Shown here: positions 1 through 8,700 of the stretch, piece by piece
How positions within the stretch are numbered: position 1 is the stretch's first letter
Layout of the letters: each line of letters begins with the position of its first letter
NCBI GenBank assembly: GCA_910583745.1
Contig: CAJTZC010000004.1
Location: forward strand, 21,548-85,547
DNA length: 64,000 nt
DNA from: an uncultured Bacilli bacterium
GTDB taxonomy: Bacteria > Bacillota_I > Bacilli_A > RF39 > UBA660
Reading direction: 5' to 3'
Translations under genes and position numbers: made by a program
The notes under the pieces: generated by a model
Seen by the model: only the letters and a program-made list of their open reading frames with translations
Database searches by the model: none
What the model was told of the DNA's origin: nothing

Positions 1-50
1 AATGCGTATATTTGTGTAGGGATATCTTTCGATAAAGAACTGTTCGAAGC

Positions 51-84
51 CATAGAAAAGCCCTCCTTTGTAGAGGGTATTTTA
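51..84. terminator. Hairpin CCCTC-N7-GAGGG (61-77) with T-runs on both sides; probable terminator downstream of asnB
   Basis: Inverted repeat and flanking T/A runs read directly in the sequence. Confidence 0.4.
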
Positions 85-141
85 TCATGTTTTTTGATAA
101 ATTGAAATAAATTTGTTGAAAAGTTGCAAATTATCCACAGC

Positions 142-1977
142 TTATGCTTCGTTTTCTAAGAAGAACACTTCGTACCATTTCAAAAATGCGTATAGTGCCC
201 ACACTTTTTTGCAATTCACTGCTTTTCCGTCTCTTGCAGATTGTAAAAGCTTGATAGCATATTTTTGGTCGAAAAACTCGCGGGCATAGTCTTTCTCGAA
301 GGTATCTTCTATCTCTTTATAGAATTTGTCCTCTTTGAGCCAAATTTTTAATGGGACGGGGAAACCGAGTTTTTTCTTTTTGTAAGCTTCGTTTGGAATG
401 ACCGACTTTGCGGCGTCTCGTAATGCCACTTTGGTGTTCGTCTTGGTCACTTTTTTATCGACTGTGAGTTTTCTTGCGAGGTCGAAAACTTCTTTGTCGA
501 TGAAGGGAACGCGAACTTCCAATGAATTCGCCATGGACATTCTGTCTGCTTTGTGGAGAATGTCTTTTGCAAGCCAGAACTCTATATCGATGGATTGCAT
601 TTTAATTAGGTCGTTTTTCTCTTTCGTCCTGTCGAAGTTTGCTCTCGTGATTGCCTTATTGTCGTATTTGCTTTTGAATGACATCACTTTTTTGCACTCG
701 CGGTCACTGAAAATGCGGTCGACACCGACGAAAGAATCTTCTAGACGGTATCCTCTTCTCACTAGGAAGTTTCTACCACGGAATTCTGGAGTAAATTCGA
801 GAATTTTGGCGACCATATGTCTCAGTGCATAAGGAATTTTATTGTAAAAGCTTACGTCGACTATCTCTCTATAAGTATTGTAACCACCGAAGAATTCGTC
901 TGCTCCTTCTCCCGAGAGAGCGACTTTTACGTCTTTGCTCGCCAAGTTCGCCACGAAGTACAATGAGATGGCAGAGGGGTCACTTATGGGCTCGTCCATG
1001 TAATACATTATCTTCGGTACGATTTCCAAATACTCTTCCATGGATATTTTTTTACTGGTGTTGTTTATTCCCAATTTATCTGTAAGGTTTTTGGCATAGT
1101 CGATTTCACTGTATTGGTCTGTATCGTATCCAACAGTGTATGTTTTATCGGGGTTTGCAAGTGTAGCAATGTAAGAGGAGTCTATTCCACTCGAAAGGAA
1201 AGAACCCACTTCGACATCGCTTGTGAGGTGTCTCTCCACGGAATCCTGCATCACTTTTTCTATTTTTTCTACGGCTTCATTGTAGGACATCTCTTGTTCG
1301 TCAAATTCAGGAACAAAATACTTATCTATTTCGATGATTCCATCTTTATATTCTAAGTAGGAACCGGCATCTAGACGATAGACTCCTTCAAAAAAGGTCT
1401 CTCGAGTTGGTGTAAAACTGAACGTCAGGAATGGTGCGAGCAAATCTCTATTTATCTTTTTTTCAAATTTAGAATGCTCTAAAAAGGATTTAATCTCGGA
1501 AGAAAATAGAAAGACATCATCTTTTTGATAATAATAGAACGGTTTAATGCCGAAGAAATCGCGGGCACAGAAAAGTTTTTTTTCTTTTATGTCCCAAATG
1601 GCGAAGGAAAACATGCCTCTCAAATGGGTCGGCAAGTCTTTTCCCCATGCTTCGTATCCGTGTATCAACACTTCTGTATCACAGTTCGTTTTGAATGTGT
1701 GGCCGGCTTCTTCTAGCTCCTTTTGCAGGTCTTTGTAGTTATATATTTCTCCATTGAAGACGATTACTAAGTTCTTGTCTTCGTTGTACATCGGTTGCGT
1801 ACCGGATTCTAAATCTATGATTGAGAGTCTTCGATGTCCAAGAGCAATCTCTTTGTCGACATAATAGTTTTCTGCATCGGGTCCGCGATGAGCAATTCTA
1901 TCTGCCATTTTCTTTATCGTCTTTTTTTTATCTTTTTCTTTAGAGATGAGACCAACTATTCCACACATTAAAATCAT
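142..1977 (-). CDS. asnB: Asparagine synthetase (glutamine-hydrolysing)
   Basis: 611 aa. N-terminal MCGIVG matches the class II glutamine amidotransferase Cys2. The C-terminal domain shows the asparagine synthase SGGxDSS motif. Confidence 0.9.
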   Translation of the reverse strand: MILMCGIVGLISKEKDKKKTIKKMADRIAHRGPDAENYYVDKEIALGHRRLSIIDLESGTQPMYNEDKNLVIVFNGEIYNYKDLQKELEEAGHTFKTNCDTEVLIHGYEAWGKDLPTHLRGMFSFAIWDIKEKKLFCARDFFGIKPFYYYQKDDVFLFSSEIKSFLEHSKFEKKINRDLLAPFLTFSFTPTRETFFEGVYRLDAGSYLEYKDGIIEIDKYFVPEFDEQEMSYNEAVEKIEKVMQDSVERHLTSDVEVGSFLSSGIDSSYIATLANPDKTYTVGYDTDQYSEIDYAKNLTDKLGINNTSKKISMEEYLEIVPKIMYYMDEPISDPSAISLYFVANLASKDVKVALSGEGADEFFGGYNTYREIVDVSFYNKIPYALRHMVAKILEFTPEFRGRNFLVRRGYRLEDSFVGVDRIFSDRECKKVMSFKSKYDNKAITRANFDRTKEKNDLIKMQSIDIEFWLAKDILHKADRMSMANSLEVRVPFIDKEVFDLARKLTVDKKVTKTNTKVALRDAAKSVIPNEAYKKKKLGFPVPLKIWLKEDKFYKEIEDTFEKDYAREFFDQKYAIKLLQSARDGKAVNCKKVWALYAFLKWYEVFFLENEA

Positions 1978-2062
1978 TCCTTACTTCTATTTTTCGCTTT
2001 TTGCAAAAAACTATTCCATCTTTAGGCATTTCTTCATCTTTATTTCATCAAAAAAATCCAGC

Positions 2063-2097
2063 TTTATTTATCCGGACTATGTTTATTTATCCGGACT
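2063..2097. repeat. Two direct copies of TTTATTTATCCGGACT (2063-2078 and 2082-2097) upstream of asnB
   Basis: Exact 16-bp direct repeat containing the palindrome TCCGGA, 85-120 bp upstream of the asnB start. Confidence 0.5.
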
Positions 2098-2296
2098 TTT
2101 TAATTATAAAATTTTGCCTCAAAGCAGTCTTGTTGTCAAGCTTTTTCTTCCCTATTTGACAGTGCATTCTTGCTTTAAATTCTATTATAAATCATTTCTA
2201 AAGCGAGGTCTATTTTTTTTGTTTTTTTCGGTGTCAAATACTGTCAATGTGAGTGTTCCATCCAAAAAAAGCCGTTTCAATTCGGCTTATCGTTTG

Positions 2297-2923
2297 TTAT
2301 TTTGTTTTTTTGAATTTTATGAATACATATGCTCCTATGCTCACAATTACTAGCGGTATCAGCAATATTAAGAGTATGTTCTTCTTTTTCTCTTCAGGTT
2401 GTTTGCCCTTTTCTATTTCTTCGAAGACATCGTATCTTTCCTCTGGCGTTTGTGAATATACATCGTCTATGGCTAGTTTCATCTTTTCATCTGTGTCGTT
2501 TCTTTGAAATCCGTAGAAAGTACTCTCACCGATGACAATCAAAGGTACACCTGTCTTCGTAATTTCAAACCAGCTGGCCACTTTTTTATGGATGGTCGCA
2601 TTGTAAGTGTTGTTTGAAACCTCGTAGGACCTCAACTTGATTTTGTCTTTGTATTCGGGCAATATTTCATTAAGAAATTCTAAAGCATCGTGGCAATGTT
2701 CACAATAATCGGCCCAAAACATATAGATGACTACTTGTTCTTTGTTTTCCTTATAGTCGTCGACACTCGGTTCAATCGAAGCAACTTCAAATGTCTCCAG
2801 TAAATCTCGCGCTTGAGAAGCGGCGTAGGTCATACATGGAGTAAACAGAATACACGCTATTAGCATTGCGATTATTTTTTTCATTATCTCATTCCTCAAC
2901 TTTTCTCGTCTATCATAGCACAA
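2297..2923 (-). CDS. Thioredoxin-like thiol-disulfide oxidoreductase, membrane/secreted
   Basis: Signal-peptide-like N-terminus, WADYCEHCH (CxxC) motif, C-terminal hydrophobic anchor. Confidence 0.6.
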   Translation of the reverse strand: MCYDRREKLRNEIMKKIIAMLIACILFTPCMTYAASQARDLLETFEVASIEPSVDDYKENKEQVVIYMFWADYCEHCHDALEFLNEILPEYKDKIKLRSYEVSNNTYNATIHKKVASWFEITKTGVPLIVIGESTFYGFQRNDTDEKMKLAIDDVYSQTPEERYDVFEEIEKGKQPEEKKKNILLILLIPLVIVSIGAYVFIKFKKTK

Positions 2924-2968
2924 TACGAAGCAAAAGAAAATACTTTGCGAAGCGATTTCACTATTTTT

Positions 2969-3772
2969 TCACTTTATAGCTTTTTCTGCTGCGGGTCGCT
3001 CTTCGAATCTCGGTGAAGTTTCTATGTGAAATTTATCATTATAGTATGCGATACAATCCCGCATTATGTGGATCTCGAGCTCCCATATAGCATCGAAATT
3101 GGATAGCAATTCGAAGAAGTCTACTTCTGATTCTAACAGAAACCGTACGAGGAGATAAGACAAGTCGTATCCTGAGTAACTGTTCTTTTCACCGTCTACG
3201 TATTCTCCAAATTTATTTCCGTGTCTTTTCAAAAAGGAGATGTCTGGGATGCATTTCGATGGCGCGACGATGGCTTCTTTGTACCACTCTTCGAATCTAG
3301 AATCTTCTTTCTCTAAAAGACTTCGTTCTCTACTGAGGTTCTGGGCTAAACCTTCGTCGAGCCAAATTACCCTTTCGTAGAGGTCTTTCCTCCATTCCCT
3401 ATAAACGATGTGAACGAATTCATGAATTATAGAACTTCTAAGATAATAAATATTGCAATTTTGCACATCTTGTTCATAAGAAAAATTTATCGTTTTATCT
3501 ATGAAGTTTCCCCTAGAGTAAGGGGCAGGATTGTAAAACTGTTTCGTATAGTTTATCAAGTCTTTTTGTTTATCGAAAAGATTTACATCGATTTTTTCAG
3601 AAAAATTCATTCTAAAGAATTCTAAAATTCTTCTTTTTTCATCACGAAGCAACATGAGCAAGGTTTCTGCATAAGGAAGCATGGAGTCGTTTCCATAGAT
3701 AGCAAAGTCTTCGTTTTCTCTTATCGGCTGGGAGGGCAAGTATCTTTTCGGTATTTCCATTTTGTACCTCAA
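2969..3772 (-). CDS. Putative zinc metallopeptidase-like protein (HExxH...E)
   Basis: HEFVH followed 19 aa later by DEGLA, a gluzincin-like arrangement. No family was identified. Confidence 0.45.
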   Translation of the reverse strand: MRYKMEIPKRYLPSQPIRENEDFAIYGNDSMLPYAETLLMLLRDEKRRILEFFRMNFSEKIDVNLFDKQKDLINYTKQFYNPAPYSRGNFIDKTINFSYEQDVQNCNIYYLRSSIIHEFVHIVYREWRKDLYERVIWLDEGLAQNLSRERSLLEKEDSRFEEWYKEAIVAPSKCIPDISFLKRHGNKFGEYVDGEKNSYSGYDLSYLLVRFLLESEVDFFELLSNFDAIWELEIHIMRDCIAYYNDKFHIETSPRFEERPAAEKAIK

Positions 3773-4035
3773 ATTTCTATGAAATCGACTATTTTTTCCG
3801 TTTCTACTTCTACAATTTCAATTCTCGTCAAGTTTTTCTCCTGTTTTTTGAAAATGTCTTTGGCAATCATTAAAACTTTTTCTGTCGAATCCATCGTTTT
3901 ATCGTTCAATTTATCGAATTCGTCCCAATCCATAAGGCCATCGAAATCGTTGTAGAGCGCTTCTGGCTTGGTCGCTTTTCCTGCACTTTTTCTCGTCGTT
4001 CCATTCGAATAGTAAAACTTAAATGAGTAGAACAC
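3769..4035 (-). CDS. Hypothetical protein (88 aa)
   Basis: ORF with an ATGA start-stop overlap to the upstream gene. Confidence 0.4.
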   Translation of the reverse strand: MFYSFKFYYSNGTTRKSAGKATKPEALYNDFDGLMDWDEFDKLNDKTMDSTEKVLMIAKDIFKKQEKNLTRIEIVEVETEKIVDFIEI

Positions 4036-4049
4036 TTGGCTTTCTCCTT

Positions 4050-5309
4050 TTATTCTTCTACGAGGTAGATATTGCTAGGATTTACCGCAAAGTCCCTTGT
4101 ATAGATTATCCAATCTGTCACGTCTTTGAGTTCAAACCATCTCTCATCTCCTGTATGTATGTCGTCGATGTCGTATGGTTCTTGTGTCAATTTGGCTCTA
4201 AACTTGTCGCCTTTGATTTCCATCAGCTCGAACCAAATGTGCTCAAAGCCATCGCTGTCTTTGAATGGAAGACCTATCTTGATTAAAATTTCGTTTTCTT
4301 TTTCTTTGAATAGTTTTTTGACTGTGTCGAATCTTTCCATCGCGAGCGCTTTCATTCTTTCTGTCTCTTCATCACTGAAGAAGAATAGAGGATTGTCGCC
4401 CCAGAGATCGTCGTATATCGATATCTTGTTTAAAGTACCCGACTTTTCCTCTTCTTCACTCGTGTACAAGAAGACTACGCTCGTTTGAGAGTTGTGGCCA
4501 TCTTGGCGGTCATCTAGATTTCCTAGAGATAATTTTTCGTATTCGAGAATTCCTTCCGTCCAAGACCTGCATGTCGCGACTATCGGATATCCCGTTACTA
4601 ATCTGCCTATGTAAGCACTCTCTGTTCTCGGGTCAAAGGGCTCTGTTTTGTCTAAAAGGAACATCGCATACGTCGACAACAGATTGTAATGATTTTGACT
4701 GTTTTCCTTGGTCGAATCCAGTATCTCTAGTTCTGTCGTATGGCATCGACAAAGCCCATGAGTATGTAACCATACTTTTCCATCTTTTCCTTCGATAGCT
4801 TGTACGACGAACATATCTCGAGAACTCGGCAATACTTTCGATTGCGCTTGCAAAATGACCCATTTAGCTGGTAAAACTCTCTCCGCGCTTTCATCTAAAA
4901 CGGCAAGCAAATCTGGTACCAATGCGACGGCGATTTTTAATTGCAAATGGTATGCTTTTTTCACATCCTTTTTAAATTCCATGAAGATGGTCACAGAGCT
5001 TTTGGCTGACAATATCGCATCGATTTCTTCTTCTTTGAAAAGAAAATTTTTATTCAAGTAGTAGCCTGGAACAGAAACAGGTCCTGGAAATATTCCCACT
5101 TCGTAGTCTTCATCTTCGTATTCTAATTTAACTGTGAGGAATCCTTCTGTACTAAAGTTCGTATCTTTCACTTTTACGTTTTCTATCTTCGATATTCTTT
5201 CGATATCCTGCTTCGTCAATTTATATTCTTCATTTTTAGGTATGGCGAGCATATACGATTTTTCTTCCCAATATCCTAAAGGAGCCTCTATCAGTTTTCT
5301 TTTTTTCAT
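4050..5309 (-). CDS. Hypothetical protein (419 aa)
   Basis: Long ORF with RBS AAGAGG. A candidate promoter TTTAAA-17-TATAAT lies upstream on the minus strand. Confidence 0.55.
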   Translation of the reverse strand: MKKRKLIEAPLGYWEEKSYMLAIPKNEEYKLTKQDIERISKIENVKVKDTNFSTEGFLTVKLEYEDEDYEVGIFPGPVSVPGYYLNKNFLFKEEEIDAILSAKSSVTIFMEFKKDVKKAYHLQLKIAVALVPDLLAVLDESAERVLPAKWVILQAQSKVLPSSRDMFVVQAIEGKDGKVWLHTHGLCRCHTTELEILDSTKENSQNHYNLLSTYAMFLLDKTEPFDPRTESAYIGRLVTGYPIVATCRSWTEGILEYEKLSLGNLDDRQDGHNSQTSVVFLYTSEEEEKSGTLNKISIYDDLWGDNPLFFFSDEETERMKALAMERFDTVKKLFKEKENEILIKIGLPFKDSDGFEHIWFELMEIKGDKFRAKLTQEPYDIDDIHTGDERWFELKDVTDWIIYTRDFAVNPSNIYLVEE

Positions 5310-5327
5310 AATACACCTCTTAGTTAC

Positions 5328-5356
5328 ATTATAACTAAAAATTGGCTATTTTTAAA
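5328..5356 (-). promoter_or_regulatory. Candidate sigma-A promoter (TTTAAA-17-TATAAT) for the 4050..5309 gene
   Basis: Read on the minus strand: -10 at 5328-5333, -35 at 5351-5356, then RBS AAGAGG. Confidence 0.35.
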
Positions 5357-5705
5357 GATTAAAGTTTGTAAAATTTTATGAGGTCATAAGAAAAAAGTAA
5401 ATCTTGTGATTCACTTTTTTGCATTATCTGAGTTCTGGATATCCTTTTGTACTCATTGTTTCGAGGTTCCAAATGGTTTCGTCAAAGTGCAATGTATCTC
5501 GATAGACATCTATCTCACGTGTCTCACTCTCTGTGGCCACTTTTAATTTTGCAGATGTCTCATCTGTTACACTGCTGAACCCTGTCGAAACGACATATTC
5601 GTAGCGGTTTTCAATTGTCGAAAGGATTATCGATGCGTTTGCTCCGACAGCTTTGTAAGGTATCTTTTCAACACCATCGACCGTCGATAGAGATTTAAAA
5701 GTCTC

Positions 5706-8700
5706 TTAATTATTTTTCTTTTTTATAATGAAGTAACCTGCTCCACCAGCAATTACTATTGCGGCTGCACCAATTGCATATATTATGACATTTGAATTTT
5801 TCTCTTCTGTTGAGGATGTATCGATGTCACTCTTGTCTGTATTGTCTTGGTTTGGCGTTGTCGATTTGTATGCAACGATGAATTTTCCTAATCCTTGGTT
5901 CGTAAATATTACTTCGTTGCCGACGACTCTAGAATTTAATTTGACCACACTACCATCGTCTCTGACGACATAGATGGCTTCAAATGTTTTGTTAGGGTCC
6001 AATTTTATGGTTTGCTCGATGAACTCTGCTGATAGGTCTATCTTTTGGTTATCTTTCGTTTGTAATGAAAGTTCAAATATTTCACTATCCTTACCATAAC
6101 GATTTATCTGCGCTTCGCTTAATTCGAGTTTCTTATAATCTAAGGTTGCGTCCTCATATTTTTCCAATATTTCATTCGGTATTTTGATATTTACGTTTCC
6201 ATTTGTCATATCGCTGTGAGACTCTTCTGGTTCACTCGGAGTTGTCGGTTTGTCTGTATTAGGCTTGCTAGGATTTGTCGGTTTGCTTGGCTTTTCCTCT
6301 GGTTTCTCTTCCGGTTTTGTTTCGTTTTCATTATCGCCAGGCTCAGTTTCACCTTCGTTGTCTCCCGGTTTTTCTACAGGTTTTTGTTCTATCCAGGTTA
6401 CAACTGCAGTCGCATATCCTTTGTTTCCGGCTCTATCCACGAATTCGAATGTATATTCGGCATTTTCTTTGAATGTATATGTAGATTCGCCATTTCCCAA
6501 TATCGTGACCTCTTCGCTCGGTTTTAATGTGGCTGTGACAGGTCCTTCTGTTGGATTTTGTGTGCTATATTCGATTGTGGCTGTTGGAGCTTCTTTGTCG
6601 ATCCAGTCGACTGTGACGGTACTGCTTCCCGTGTTGCCTACTCTATCGACAAATTCGAATGTGAACTCTCCATTTTCAGTAAAAGCATATGTCGTCTTGC
6701 CGTCGTTGTTAGTAACGGTTACTTCTTCACTCGGTTTCAAAGTTGCAACGACATCTTTGTTCGTCCAATCTTGCGTATTGAATTCGAACTCTGCTGTAGG
6801 TGCTTCTTTGTCAATCCAATCGACTGTGACAGGAATGATGCCGTCGTATCCATTTTCATCTTTGTATTGGAAATTGAAGGTTTCATTCTGTGTAAATGTG
6901 TATTCGTTGCTCGCATTGTTATTGAAGATTCTGTATCCCTCTTCTAGTTTTAGAGTTACTTTTACGTCTTGGTTTGTCAAATTTGTCGTAGAAAAATTGA
7001 GTTCATACGTAGGGACTTTTGAAATCCAATTTACTGTTACTGTTGCTGATCCAGGATTTCCTGCTTTGTCGACGAATTCAAATGTAAATTCTCCGTTCTT
7101 TGTGAAAGTGTACGTGTTTTTTCCACCATTGTTGGTAATCGTGACTTCTTCACTAGGAACTAAAGTGGCAACGACTTCTCCGTCAGTCAAATGAACCGTA
7201 TTGAATTCAAATTCTGCAGTTGGAGCTTCCGTATCTATCCAATCGACTGTTATCGTCGTCGAACCTACATTGCCTAATGCATCTTGGAATTCTAGTACTG
7301 TCGTTCCGTTTTCTAGGAACGTGAGCGTTTTGCTACCATCTGTCGGATTTGTAGCCAATTGAACGTCTGTCGATAAGATGGTGATGTCGTTTTTATCGAA
7401 CGTAATCGTTGCGACGACGTTTTCGTTTGTAATTTCCGTTGTACTGAATTGTACTGTCGCAGTCGGCGCGGTTTTATCAATCCAGTCGACTTTTGCCGTA
7501 GCGCTTCCCTTGTGTCCGTTTTTGTCGACGAATTCGAACGTGAATTCTCCGTTTTCTGTGAAGGTATATGTCTTTTTGCCGTCGTTGTTTGTCACTGTGA
7601 TTGGTCTATTTTCATCGACTAATTCTGCTATAACGTCTTTATTTGTCGTTTTAATTATGTTGTAGTTGATTTCGGCAGTAGGATTTTCGCTCGCAGAAGG
7701 GTCTTCGTAAAGGTTTATCAACGCGATGGAGAAGAAATGTTGTAGACCTGACTCGTAGACAGATGGGCAATTAATTCTTACATATTTGGCTAGAACTGGA
7801 CTGTCAAATGTGATTTTTTTCAAATTACCGTTATTGCCTAGATTGCTTTTTGTAGCAGCAAGTTCCCAATTTGTTCCGTCCATACTAATATAGATATCCA
7901 ATCGACTCGCTTTACCTGATGGGTAGTTTCCGAGTGCAGTGGTTGCTCTTGCATCTGGGACGTAATCGAGTTCAGAAACATATCTAGGCTTATCGAGTTC
8001 TATAGTTGCATAGGCAGGGATATATTTTTGTCCTAAACCTTGCTTATTGTAGTGACTATGCCATGCAGTATTCGTATTCCCATCGAGTATATTGTCTTTG
8101 TCTCCTCCACTTGTACCCGATACTGCAATGACATTTAGTTTGTCTCTCGTTATGTAACGATGAGATTCGGAAGATGTGTTCGTAGTAAATGTGAAATATA
8201 CTGGATCACTCGTCGTATAGACGTCTGTTGCAAGCATTCTTACATAAACTTTGACATCTCCTTTAAAGATTGGATTTGTGTCTGCAAAAGAGTTCCATTC
8301 GTCATTTGGGTCTAGTGTCCATTGCATATTGTCGGTTGTTCCCATGAGTCGGTTTTCCAAATCATCTTTCGACACTGTATTACTAGGGAAGACACCTTTC
8401 TTTATATCAATTGTGTAAATATTCTCTTCTGTCATAGGTAATCCAGTAATGTGGATTTTAATGTCATTATCTGGTGAAATGCTATCTAATTGCTCTTTGG
8501 TCAGTTGTGCGGCATGTTCGTAGCAAGGAATCCATGTGTTGCCACCGTCTAGACTGTAAGTCCAGCTGACTTGAGCACTCTGTAATTGCTTAGATAGTAC
8601 GATTTGTCCAGCGTTAGCTCCATCGAATGAGAATGTTGCTACTCTAGAATCTACTATTCCTAAAATTGCATTTGCAATAACAGGGACTTCCTTATAGTAT

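Noticed and set aside
5424-5705. Independent gene in the giant-protein/next-gene intergenic region
   Set aside because: There is no ATG/GTG/TTG with an RBS. The frame is exactly contiguous with the upstream gene. It is treated as an in-frame extension, not a separate CDS.
6250-7194. 314-aa plus-strand ORF (and 6216..6527, 6558..6947, 7378..7665)
   Set aside because: Antisense to the 1676-aa gene within its tandem-repeat array. Repeat periodicity suppresses stops, and the product is low-complexity Ser/Val/Phe-rich. This is an artefact.
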